Below are positions 44,615 to 59,232 of a stretch of DNA of 64,000 bases, in pieces; within the stretch, counting starts at the first letter, position 1, and the number at the start of each line of letters is the position of its first letter. The translations under genes and the position numbers were made by a program. Below the pieces are notes generated by a model. That model was not told the origin of the DNA, did not search any database, and saw only the letters and a list, made by a program, of their open reading frames with translations. The stretch covers positions 1,184,001 through 1,248,000 of the forward strand of contig CM000436.1 in assembly GCA_000165345.1 (NCBI GenBank), read 5' to 3'.

Positions 44615-47600
44615 ATGCAGAACAGGCTATTATATTCAGAAGGAGACTATGAGGACTCTTTTTTAAGCGGAGTTGTTGGTCTAGATACCGGATCAAATGG
44701 TTCAGGCAATTCTTCTAGAAGAGCTAATCAAGGAGGAGCAGCAGGGGGAACTGAATCAGGAGGGATTGGACTTTATGACAGTAGAATTTCTAATAAAGGC
44801 GGCGCATATTATTCTTCAGAAATTAATCATGGATTAACAAGTATGAGTGGTGGTAGATCATCTGTTGGCTATTATGATCATTTTGGTGGGGTTGGATCGG
44901 GACATTTGGATAGTGGCTTAGGGGCTTTAGGAGCAGACTTGAGAGTTGGACAAGCTCCATGGGGATGGGAAACATATACGAGTTATAATATGATTGGCTT
45001 GTTTTCTTCCCATACTAATAATAAGAAAATTAGGCCTTTTATTTCTTCAATTTATTGTGATCCATTTTATGAGCTCCTTTGGCTTGGTTGGACAAATGGA
45101 TTTCTGAGTTCATTCAGATTTCCCCATTGTAGTAGATATACAGCATTTCCAGTAGGAATAGCTGATTCTGCAAGTGGGGGTGGACTTGTCAGAGATAATG
45201 TGATTTACATGGGATTTCCATCATCTTCGCACTTATATACAGTGACTAATAGTGGAATAGGTGTCTATTCCAGAGGAGGAGCACCAATATCTTCTCATTC
45301 ATATAATACACTAACCAATGAAAAGCAACAAAGCTCAAAAATACTGTGCTGTGATTCAAATAGATATCAGTCTTATATGATGAGTAGTCATCCAATCATT
45401 GGTATTGGAACAGGAAAAGGTGTGTCAATCCTAGATTTACAGCAAGTACGACCAATTCACAGTATTCCATATAGTGGAAGTATTAGCTGTATTAAAAGCT
45501 CAGCAAGTTCCTCAAGTTTTATTGTTGGAGGAGTAAATATGCTTGGAATTGCTGATACAAGACTTCCAAGATTAGGACATACTATTCAGATACATCCTAC
45601 TAATTCAGGACAAAATGAGACATTGGTTTCAGGATTAGCAGTTAATGAATACACAGTAGCAATAATTACCAGTACAATCTCAAATAGGAAGATATCGTCG
45701 GATGAACTTTTAAGTTCTGTTGGAGGAGTTTGTGGACTTCCTGTGCTTGATTTAATTAGAATCCATCCTGGAGAAGTTTCTACTTCACCAGAAATGATGG
45801 TTTATAAGAAGAACTTAGATTTGACAAACATGATGAGGGATTCTGTAGTTAGATTATATGATACCAGAAAATTCAGACCAAGGAAAAATATCTCATTTTC
45901 TCCAGGACCAATAAACATTGCTTGGAGTGATAATTCACTGGCCATTTCAGCAGGAACTGCTACTACACCTGATTTTGAGGATTTATACGTTATTGGAAAT
46001 AATGGACAGTGGCAAATTTACCACTCTAATATAGACCAAATGGAATTCTATGCTACTCCATCTGTTCCTTTATCAAATCTTAATTTTAGCTCGTCTAGCA
46101 ATTACCTAATATTGGCTGATACTTCTGGGTCAATCCACACCATGCAGAGGCCTCATACAAATGGAGGAATAACTTCCTCATCTTCAATTCAACCAAATAC
46201 TTCATCAAACACGAATATTAGTACAAGCAACACAAAACTAGAACAGCAACAAATCACAGGTTCAGGAATTTCTGGAGGTGGTGTTGGTGGAGGAATGGGT
46301 TCAAGTTCGGCTTATAATCACCAAAATCATCAACACTCTTTTAGTGTCTTCCATTCTTATCCTCTTCCTAATTTAAATATACCGGGAGCAAGCATTGGAG
46401 GAGGTTACAACAGACAAATGAATACTTCTCTATATAATTACTCATATGTGAAGTCAATTCAAACTCTAATGGGAATTGCCTCCAATCCTGTAACTAAGCC
46501 TATCACTCATAATGTTGGACACCCAACAATACCTAACCTTACAGTCGCACTCAGATATCTTCAAGGACGTCCTGTTGTTGCTTACGATTCTCTAAATTCA
46601 GTTGGAATTCCTCCTATTCTTGAGAAACTACATAATGGAAAGCTTAATATTAAAGAAGATAACCTACTTAGCTTTAACAACAAGTTTGATATTGACCAAA
46701 TTCGTAAAATTCAAACAGAATTTGGTTGGAATACCTACAAATCATCTGATGAGCTCCCACACGGACTTACTATAGTTAAAGCTAGAACAATTCCCCGACA
46801 AACAGATTCTTCACTTGGTCTCAATATTAGCACATCCAATCTCCCTGGACCTCAGAACTCTGCCATAAGGAGCCCGCCTAACGTGGGAGACATGCAAGGT
46901 TTAGTGCATGCAATGGGGGGCATTAATAAGCAGAGTGGAATTCAGTCAAACACGAGGGAACACAATGAAGGTGGAGAGGCCCGACATGGTCACTCTAGCG
47001 GAGCTTTGGCATTTTCTGTGGAGTATATCCGTGAAGTTCGACCAGAGATGGACCATTATAAACTAAAAGCATTGGATTTTAGAATGGTTGACTTTATAAA
47101 GGCTGCTATTAACCCTGATACGACTAAATACAGAAACAATAACTTGGTTTATGGTATCCCTCTCCTTTGTCTTAGAGGTTCTATGCCAATTTGGTACTAT
47201 CGCAAGAAGAAGAATATGTCTCTTTATGCATTTGGAGGTACTCAAGGCTCTTCAGGTGAACATTCTCACACAAAAAGCCTTTCCTTAGTCCCCGTTAAAT
47301 TCCATTATAAACCAAGATTGAACCCGAATAGGCGGGAAAAAATGAAGAACAGAAGGATGATGGGTGGAGGAACTTCAATTGAGAATTCAACTGCAGGAAC
47401 TTCGGGCCAAGGTGTCGCTCATACAGCAGGAGCTTTGGGAAATATGAGTACTAGCTCATCCCTTCCAAATGGAGGGGATGCTCAGACAGTTTCGAGAGCA
47501 GAGGATGATCAATCTTCAATTGGAGAAGGTCTGGTTTCAATAGAATTTGATAACGATACTTTGGACTTTACTCAGCCATTCTTTATGTTACTTTCTTTTA

Positions 47601-50425
47601 TTCCAAAGCTTTCATATGACATCCTTCTTGCTCATGTACCAGGCTGTACCTCAGAATTTTGTCTTGCTTGTGAGCTTGTTCATCTAACATTTATGTTGTA
47701 CAGTTGCAAGTTTAATTTAAAGAATGGAAAAGGACGAAATCCCGACTTATTTCCATGCGTAATACTCAATTCAATCTATACATTAAACATGTTAAGAACT
47801 GTTAGGCATATACCAGAAATAAAACAGCTTGGGATAGATTCCGAGGATAGTCAACAAAGTCTAGTAGGGGCTCCTGGAATTGGAGGAGGATCTGTGAATA
47901 GTAATGGCTCTTTGGGAGGTACTGGGGTTGGGGAATTAAAATTTGGAGGAGTTGGATCAGGAGTTGGATCAGGAAGTCCAACTGGTGGATTCGATGATAT
48001 TAACTTTAATGGAATGTCTTTATTGAGTCACTTACCTCAAGCAGCTTTCAACCAGATTCGGAAGACCGAGATCTTTTGGAAGTTCTTCTTGGAGAATTTG
48101 AAAGTTGATATGATGAATAAAACAAATTTTAATCCAAATACTGAAAGGATAATCGATGAGCAAGAAACAAGTACTCCTGGCCAGTTTGGAGGTACAAATG
48201 AGAATTGTATTTTTGAAAAGTTGATAGATTCTCTTTTCAATATTGAGGTTACAACAATCAGTAGTTGTGTACAAGCTAAACACGCATTTAAATCAACGCA
48301 GATTGTCACGTATTTAGATATACCAGCAAATCATTTATTAGCACAGAATTCTATGCCGATAGGCCAGAAGTTGGATACATCTTCCAAAATGGGTCAGAAG
48401 GATGACCTAATTCTATCCCAGAAGCTGAAATCTGAGAAATTTTTGAAGGCCTTGAATTCTAACTTACTGAGGATCATTGCCGGAAGAAGCTTCTGTAAGG
48501 AATGTGGAACTTCAACTGCTTGTCAGCATGTTAGATGTATCACAAAGCTCCCTCAGCTTCTTGTTCTTTCTTGCAATATCCAGTCACTAAAACACTGGAA
48601 TGAATATGGAGGTATGTCTCCTGAAGAACATGAAGAATTTGTCAAAAAGAGCCAGGGAATAAGTGGAAGTGGCTCTGGAACCAACCACGAACAACTTCCA
48701 AATACAGAATATTCAATACCTTTCGATATTCGATTCTCAAAGTTAAGAAAAGGGTTCAGTTCTCAGAATGGACGTGCCACTGGAGAGACATCAGGCGGAA
48801 TAGATATTATCCAGGTTGATAAGACTACTGTATTTACAGAGGGTAGTATTGGACATAATGGTGAACGAGATAAAGAATCCAAGTTAGACAACGAAAATCC
48901 CAATATGGGAGGAAACTACCAAGAATATGAGTTAGTTGCATTGATATTTGGAGTTTATCAAGGTTGTTCAATTCAGCTTCCATCCGGTACCCATTTTTGT
49001 ATGTATGTTAAGCATAAGTTATTATTTAACGAAATGAATAATACACAAGATAAATGGTACATGATCAATGGATCTTCAATTCTTCCAGTGAATAACAAGA
49101 ACGAGATTATTAATTTTACATCTTGTTGGAAACTTCCTACTTTCTTATTCTATTCAGACAAGAAAGGGAATTTATTGAATTACTTATTCAATAAATATCC
49201 ATGTTTAGAATTTCAACTTGATTTGGCCCAAAGTGACTTGGATCTTTTAGTAAGAAAGGTTTCTGGTACTGATAATGATGATGAAGAATGCATTGATCAA
49301 GAAAATGAGAAAGATTCTCTTAGTAAAGACAAAGTAATACCTGATCAAAGCCCTGATAATAATTCAGAAACTAACACCAATCTTGAATCAAGTCATTTAA
49401 CCCAGAATATTTCTGAAATGGATATTTTAGATATTCATGGTATTAAATTTAAGATACCTTGGAAGTATCCAAAAATAATACATGAGCACGTAATACAACA
49501 ATTGGAATCAATAATAAAGCTAATTAAGAACGAAAAGAATCTTTCAGAAAATCCGGATCCAAGTCAGATCAATGATCAGTCTCCATTCACAACTAGAGAA
49601 CTTTCAAATCTTTGCTTAAATTACTTTGTAAGATATCCATTTTCTAAAGGACTTTTGAAGAAACCAAAAGAAATTAATGAAAGATTTATAAATACTCCTA
49701 GTCATTCAGAATTTATTCAAAATTCTCCAATGATTGTTGCACTGGATTCAGAGTATGTTGCTTTAGATGTTGAACAATCTGTTGTAAGATCTGATGGAAC
49801 AAAAGAAATCTTGAAAAAATCTCAATTGTCTTTAGCAAGAGTTTCAATTGTACGTTGTGGAAAGATATCATTAACGGGAGCTAATGATAATGTTGAAATT
49901 GATAACAAAAAAGGACTGATAATGGACCATTATGTATCTTACGGATCAAATAGTCAGCAACCTAGAGATTATTTGACAAAATATTCAGGAGTGAGACCTG
50001 GAGATTTGGATCCTAAAACTTCATCTCACTTTCTTACCAGTAAATCCTGTATACTTAAGAAACTTCAGTTCTTGGTAGATGCTGGTGTAGTATTTATTGG
50101 ACACGCACTCCCAAGTGACTTTAAAATAATTAATATTTATGTTCCTCCATTTCAAATTATTGATACTGTTGAGATTTACAGACTCCCTGATGAAAGATAT
50201 ATCAGTCTTAAATTTTTGGCTAAATTTGTACTCAACAAGAATATCCAAACTGAGGTCCATGATTCTATCGTTGATGCTAAAACTGCACTCGAGCTTTTCT
50301 TAAAGCACCTTTCTTTAAAGAAGAGCGGATCTTGGAATGATTTCCTTAGTTTCCTTTATTCAAAGGGTCATTCTGTTGATTGGAAGATTGAAGCTATTGA
50401 AAACTCAAATTTTGAGCATAATTAA
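44615..50425 (+). CDS. PAN2: PAN2, catalytic subunit of the PAN2-PAN3 poly(A) deadenylase (pseudo-UCH domain + DEDDh exonuclease), with large low-complexity insertions
   Basis: The C-terminus IVALDSEYVAL...SLARVSIV...DHYV...DYLTKYSGVRPGDLDP...GHALPSDFKIINIYVP...IDTVEIY...SLKFLAKFVL...HDSIVDAKTALELF matches the PAN2 DEDDh exonuclease. CKECGTSTACQHVRCITKLPQLLVLSCN is the inactive UCH-like fold. ATG at 44615. Confidence 0.85.
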   Translation: MQNRLLYSEGDYEDSFLSGVVGLDTGSNGSGNSSRRANQGGAAGGTESGGIGLYDSRISNKGGAYYSSEINHGLTSMSGGRSSVGYYDHFGGVGSGHLDSGLGALGADLRVGQAPWGWETYTSYNMIGLFSSHTNNKKIRPFISSIYCDPFYELLWLGWTNGFLSSFRFPHCSRYTAFPVGIADSASGGGLVRDNVIYMGFPSSSHLYTVTNSGIGVYSRGGAPISSHSYNTLTNEKQQSSKILCCDSNRYQSYMMSSHPIIGIGTGKGVSILDLQQVRPIHSIPYSGSISCIKSSASSSSFIVGGVNMLGIADTRLPRLGHTIQIHPTNSGQNETLVSGLAVNEYTVAIITSTISNRKISSDELLSSVGGVCGLPVLDLIRIHPGEVSTSPEMMVYKKNLDLTNMMRDSVVRLYDTRKFRPRKNISFSPGPINIAWSDNSLAISAGTATTPDFEDLYVIGNNGQWQIYHSNIDQMEFYATPSVPLSNLNFSSSSNYLILADTSGSIHTMQRPHTNGGITSSSSIQPNTSSNTNISTSNTKLEQQQITGSGISGGGVGGGMGSSSAYNHQNHQHSFSVFHSYPLPNLNIPGASIGGGYNRQMNTSLYNYSYVKSIQTLMGIASNPVTKPITHNVGHPTIPNLTVALRYLQGRPVVAYDSLNSVGIPPILEKLHNGKLNIKEDNLLSFNNKFDIDQIRKIQTEFGWNTYKSSDELPHGLTIVKARTIPRQTDSSLGLNISTSNLPGPQNSAIRSPPNVGDMQGLVHAMGGINKQSGIQSNTREHNEGGEARHGHSSGALAFSVEYIREVRPEMDHYKLKALDFRMVDFIKAAINPDTTKYRNNNLVYGIPLLCLRGSMPIWYYRKKKNMSLYAFGGTQGSSGEHSHTKSLSLVPVKFHYKPRLNPNRREKMKNRRMMGGGTSIENSTAGTSGQGVAHTAGALGNMSTSSSLPNGGDAQTVSRAEDDQSSIGEGLVSIEFDNDTLDFTQPFFMLLSFIPKLSYDILLAHVPGCTSEFCLACELVHLTFMLYSCKFNLKNGKGRNPDLFPCVILNSIYTLNMLRTVRHIPEIKQLGIDSEDSQQSLVGAPGIGGGSVNSNGSLGGTGVGELKFGGVGSGVGSGSPTGGFDDINFNGMSLLSHLPQAAFNQIRKTEIFWKFFLENLKVDMMNKTNFNPNTERIIDEQETSTPGQFGGTNENCIFEKLIDSLFNIEVTTISSCVQAKHAFKSTQIVTYLDIPANHLLAQNSMPIGQKLDTSSKMGQKDDLILSQKLKSEKFLKALNSNLLRIIAGRSFCKECGTSTACQHVRCITKLPQLLVLSCNIQSLKHWNEYGGMSPEEHEEFVKKSQGISGSGSGTNHEQLPNTEYSIPFDIRFSKLRKGFSSQNGRATGETSGGIDIIQVDKTTVFTEGSIGHNGERDKESKLDNENPNMGGNYQEYELVALIFGVYQGCSIQLPSGTHFCMYVKHKLLFNEMNNTQDKWYMINGSSILPVNNKNEIINFTSCWKLPTFLFYSDKKGNLLNYLFNKYPCLEFQLDLAQSDLDLLVRKVSGTDNDDEECIDQENEKDSLSKDKVIPDQSPDNNSETNTNLESSHLTQNISEMDILDIHGIKFKIPWKYPKIIHEHVIQQLESIIKLIKNEKNLSENPDPSQINDQSPFTTRELSNLCLNYFVRYPFSKGLLKKPKEINERFINTPSHSEFIQNSPMIVALDSEYVALDVEQSVVRSDGTKEILKKSQLSLARVSIVRCGKISLTGANDNVEIDNKKGLIMDHYVSYGSNSQQPRDYLTKYSGVRPGDLDPKTSSHFLTSKSCILKKLQFLVDAGVVFIGHALPSDFKIINIYVPPFQIIDTVEIYRLPDERYISLKFLAKFVLNKNIQTEVHDSIVDAKTALELFLKHLSLKKSGSWNDFLSFLYSKGHSVDWKIEAIENSNFEHN

Positions 50426-50805
50426 AACAAAGCATGTTATCGTCATTTAAAAATCCAATTCAGCCTGAGATTGGATTAAGTAGAATAAAGACACAATACA
50501 GGTTATGCTACGTTTTGTTTTAATAGGCTCAACAATTTAACTTATTTTTATTACGATTCTTTACTCTAAATCATTAATTTTTGACTGGAAAATTGTCTCA
50601 AGCATAATTTAGTAGTCGTCATATTGGCTTTATTGATTTTAATAATTATGACCAATTTACTTTCAAATCTTATTAATTTAGTCTTTATATCTTATATTAA
50701 TTAAATATAAACCTATTTAAATTATTGATTTCTTTCTTTTTTTATTTCTTCCTTTTTTCTTTCTTTAAGTTATTGTTAAAAATAACACCTATACCGTCCT
50801 TTGTA

Positions 50806-50847
50806 ACCACATGCATCGCAAAGTGGCGCCAATATGCGCGCGGAAAT
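50806..50847. promoter_or_regulatory. CCACATGCATCGCAAAGTGGCGCCAATATGCGCGCGGAAA, ~150 bp upstream of the WD40 gene
   Basis: GGCGCCAAT plus GCGCGCGGAAA (E2F-like) plus CATGCAT. Confidence 0.5.
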
Positions 50848-50995
50848 TTGTTAGTCATTTTGGACTTGGAGGAGGGGAGGAAAAAAAGTGATTATTGCAA
50901 GATTAAAAAGAATGTATAATTTGATCAATAAAAAGCAAGATAAAAGGAATTGAGATTAAGTAAAAGTAATAGAGCTGGCTTAAGGTGAGAAACAA

Positions 50996-51934
50996 ATGAA
51001 AAGTAAGGGAAAAGGATTAATAAGTGAAGAAAATGAAGAGGTTCCAGTAATATTATTAAGAAAACTAACAAAAAATGAGACAATTTTAAGCTTAGAATTT
51101 ATCAAGGATGATAGTCATTTAATATCTGGAAATATTTCCGGAGTTTTGGATATTTGGGATTTAGAGATCATGAGATGTTCTTCAAGTATAAATATGAAAT
51201 TTGATTCACCTATTATTAAAACTATTTATGATGAAAAAAAGGAAATTATATATGTACAAAATAGAAAAGGTGAGATTTATTTAGTAGATAATACTGAAAA
51301 TTTTAAAAAATTGGATTTAAATGGTATTTACTATTCACTTGCAAAAATGATCATTCTTCCTACTAGAGAAAGTATAATTTTTCCAAGAGAAAATGATCTT
51401 TTATTAAAAAATATTAACAATTCGAAACATGATGATATTCAATTCAATTATCCAACTGAAAAAAGTGACAAACTTATTGAAGTTGAATCTCTTAATGATC
51501 ATTCTGTATTATTAGGTTTTGAATCAGGAAATGTTGTCATTTGGGATTTAAGAAAACCTGATTCTCATGTATATATGAACAATGTAACACAAAATTCTCC
51601 AATATTATCTATGAAAAGATCTTTTAATCGTATTTGGATATCTACCTTTGATTCAAAACTTCGTGTTTTTAATAGAAATTGTTTTGATCATCCAATTAAA
51701 GAAATTGACTCTTTAAATGTTGTTGATAAAATTTCTATACGTTCAGATTCTCTTATTACAGTTACATCCAATACACTTAATACAAACATGGATATTTTTG
51801 AAAATAAATCTTTAAATTATATTAAAACATTCAAATTTCATTCCACAGAAGTTAGTTCTATACAATTCTCAAACTCTTCAAATTTATTTGCTGCTTCATC
51901 AAATACTATTTCAATATGGGATTTACTATCGTAG
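50996..51934 (+). CDS. WD40-repeat protein (312 aa), specific family not recognised
   Basis: ATG at 50996. Repeated blocks SGNISGVLDIWDL, GFESGNVVIWDLRK and SSNTISIWDL are WD repeats. Confidence 0.7.
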   Translation: MKSKGKGLISEENEEVPVILLRKLTKNETILSLEFIKDDSHLISGNISGVLDIWDLEIMRCSSSINMKFDSPIIKTIYDEKKEIIYVQNRKGEIYLVDNTENFKKLDLNGIYYSLAKMIILPTRESIIFPRENDLLLKNINNSKHDDIQFNYPTEKSDKLIEVESLNDHSVLLGFESGNVVIWDLRKPDSHVYMNNVTQNSPILSMKRSFNRIWISTFDSKLRVFNRNCFDHPIKEIDSLNVVDKISIRSDSLITVTSNTLNTNMDIFENKSLNYIKTFKFHSTEVSSIQFSNSSNLFAASSNTISIWDLLS

Positions 51935-52311
51935 TTACTAACCTCAATACTATAACTATAACTATTACTACCAAATTAAAACCAATATTTATATTAACAT
52001 CACTATTAATATTACCGTCACTATTTCTATTCCTGTCTATATTTCTACTACCGTCGATATTTCCATTAATATTCACCATCTAATTTAATTCTCAAAACTA
52101 CCCAAAACCCCTTAATCCGTTAAAATCTCTAAAACACACATTCTAAAGCTCTTATAACCTAAGCCTTATTTTGATTCATTTAAAATAAATTAAAAGAAAA
52201 AGAAATCAAATATTCACAAATAACAACGGAAATTTTTAAAAAAAAATTATTTAAATAAAAAACAAGCTTCCTCTCACTTTTCTTGCTACTATTAATTGTA
52301 ATTAATATTCA

Positions 52312-54180
52312 TTAAAAATTTGCCACGTCATTTGTACCGCCATTCCCCACATGTGGCGCCTCTTCCGTTGTATTGGAAATTAAATTAAATATAGAGTTTT
52401 TATTATGTCTATAATTAAAATCATCATAATCAAAATTTGATAAAAGTTCAAGTTGTTTAATTATTTGATTAATTTGTAAACTTGATGGTCTGGAATATGA
52501 GTTAATATCTGAATTATAATTTGAAGCTACTTTTGAATTTTTTGGTTTATGTACGAGGCAAGGAAATAAATCAATTGTATGAGATTCATTCATCTTCTCT
52601 TCAATTATATCCAAATTGTTTAAATCTTCTGAATTCTTTAATTCTTTTAATTCATCTTTTATGTTATAATAATCTAAAAGAAGTTCTTGATCTTGACTTG
52701 GAAGTTGTTCTTCTGATAGAAAAACTAAAATCATCCAGTCAAATTCTGCTTGAATCTCTTTTAATCTTCTTTTAAAATTATTAGATTTTTGATTTATTAA
52801 ATTATCCTCATTATTATATTTACTATTATTATTTCCATTCTTACTTTCAAATTCCTTCTTTGCTAAATTTAAAAATTTTGTCCATCCTTGTTTACTTTCA
52901 CAAAATATTATCCCAAAAGTATCATTTAATGATGATTTATTTCTAAATGTATTTAATAAACTTACTGAATCTTTATTTATTACAAGATTTTTTGGATTTG
53001 AACCAATTATTTGAATATTTGTAAAACTATCTATTTTTAACTTTGTATTTTGTAAATTATTATAATTATTTACAAGTCTTGAAAATAATCCCTTCTTTAA
53101 ATTTGGTAAACATTTATCATTTATTAAATTTGAATCAATTGAATCCAAATTCATTACTATTGGATTCTCAAACAAATTTTTTGGCATACTTAATAACTTT
53201 TTTAAATATGTATATGAATTATTTATTAATATTTTATAATTTGTTATTGATATATTCATTGCAGGTAAATCCCTTAATTCAATACTATTCTTATTCAATA
53301 TTGGCTTAAAAAATAAATAAATTAATAATTCTTGCCAAAAAAATTCCCATTCTGATTCATTATTTAAACATTTATTATTATTAATATTTATATTTATTTC
53401 ATTATTATTCGATAATTTTGTTTCAAATATACCTTTCATCTCATTCCAATGATCTAAAAATCCATATTTTAAAATATCATCACCATATTCATCATAAACT
53501 TCTTTTTTATTTGGATTACTTAAAAATTCATAAGATTCTTGAACTTGTCTAAATTTTATTAAACTCTTTTCTTTTTGTTCATCATTCTCTGATCTTTGTT
53601 TATCAGGATGTAATTTAGAAGCTTTTTTTCTATATGCTTTCTTAATATTTTCTATACTACTTCCAGGTTGAAGTTCTAATATATCATAATATTTATGAGA
53701 AATTAAAACTCTTCTATTTAATATTTTTAATTCATCATTTTCTAAATAATTATCTTTTATTTTATTTCTTTTCTTATATTTATCTTGATTATCATCTTCA
53801 TCATTTTCTTCTTCATCAGATATTATTAATTCCCTTCTTTTTAATACACTATTTTGACTTCTTAATGTTTTAACATAATCTGATTTTGTCTTTGAATCAT
53901 TACTAACAATGCTTGGTGAATAACTTATTTTACTTAAAATATCATCTTGTTTACTTTTATTATTTATACTATTATTACTATTACTACTACTAGTACTTGT
54001 AATACTAGCTAAACTTTTATTATTTAATTCTTCTGTAATATCATTATTTTTGTAAAATCTACTAATTCCTATTTCAAATTCTTTAAATTTTTTACTTTCT
54101 TTATTTAATATATTCTCAAAATTATTCTTTTCAACATTTCTAGATTTTTGATAATCTTTTAGTCTCTTTGTAAACATCAT
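52312..54180 (-). CDS. J-domain (DnaJ/Hsp40 co-chaperone family) protein, 622 aa, Ser/Asn-rich N-terminus
   Basis: DYYDILELQPGSSIENIKKAYRKKASKLHPDKQ...FRQVQESYEFLSNPNKKEVYDEYG is a canonical J domain with HPD. ATG at 54180-54178. Confidence 0.8.
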   Translation of the reverse strand: MMFTKRLKDYQKSRNVEKNNFENILNKESKKFKEFEIGISRFYKNNDITEELNNKSLASITSTSSSNSNNSINNKSKQDDILSKISYSPSIVSNDSKTKSDYVKTLRSQNSVLKRRELIISDEEENDEDDNQDKYKKRNKIKDNYLENDELKILNRRVLISHKYYDILELQPGSSIENIKKAYRKKASKLHPDKQRSENDEQKEKSLIKFRQVQESYEFLSNPNKKEVYDEYGDDILKYGFLDHWNEMKGIFETKLSNNNEINININNNKCLNNESEWEFFWQELLIYLFFKPILNKNSIELRDLPAMNISITNYKILINNSYTYLKKLLSMPKNLFENPIVMNLDSIDSNLINDKCLPNLKKGLFSRLVNNYNNLQNTKLKIDSFTNIQIIGSNPKNLVINKDSVSLLNTFRNKSSLNDTFGIIFCESKQGWTKFLNLAKKEFESKNGNNNSKYNNEDNLINQKSNNFKRRLKEIQAEFDWMILVFLSEEQLPSQDQELLLDYYNIKDELKELKNSEDLNNLDIIEEKMNESHTIDLFPCLVHKPKNSKVASNYNSDINSYSRPSSLQINQIIKQLELLSNFDYDDFNYRHNKNSIFNLISNTTEEAPHVGNGGTNDVANF

Positions 54181-54364
54181 TATATAATAATAGCCTTATT
54201 TTTTTTTTTTATTCATAACTCACATTATTAGATTTTTCATTTGTTATAAAATTATTATTATTATTACACTTATTTCATAATATTTATATATTATTATATC
54301 TCTTTTTTACTTTTTCCCTCCTTATCCCCATTTTTTCTTACTTCATATTAACATGCTCTTTTTT

Positions 54365-54419
54365 GTGCATCGCCGTCTCGTCTCGTCTCGAAAAGTTGCA
54401 TACCGGTATTTAAGACAAA
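54365..54419. promoter_or_regulatory. GTGCATCGCCGTCTCGTCTCGTCTCG ... GCATACCGGTATT in the divergent DnaJ/TPS promoter
   Basis: (GTCTC)3 repeat plus the ACCGGTA palindrome. Confidence 0.4.
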
Positions 54420-54888
54420 AAATTTTTTTTTTACAAAAAAAAAAAATTCAAGTTAATTGAATGCAAATAAATAAATATTAATATAAATATATATATGTAT
54501 TTGTATTGTATATGTATGAAATATATATATATATATTTATACATATTTATATATTATATGTTTATGCATAAATATATGTGTTTATATGTTTGAAGTTAAT
54601 GCATGCATATATATGATACTAAAGTGAGGAAATAAAGGAATAAATAGAAAGAAAGTAAATAATATTAGATATTGGGGTTATATAAGTAAAGGATTAAAGG
54701 TGATAATTTGGTAAATAATTCCAATAAAACACGGAATTTGTAGGATCTTTTCTTTTTTTTTTTTTTAAAAATAAAAAAACTGTAATGGAGTTCAATTATG
54801 TATAGAATATATTAATCATTGAAAAAAAAAGAGAAATTATTTAATTTAATATTATAATTAGAGTTTTTCTTAATTAACTAAATATAAA

Positions 54889-59142
<4,254 letters not shown>

Positions 59143-59232
59143 ATATATTGTGAAATTTTTATTAAAATATACCAATTTTTATTATTACTTTGCGTTCTAA
59201 TTCATTAATTGAATATTTTTATAGATATATAA

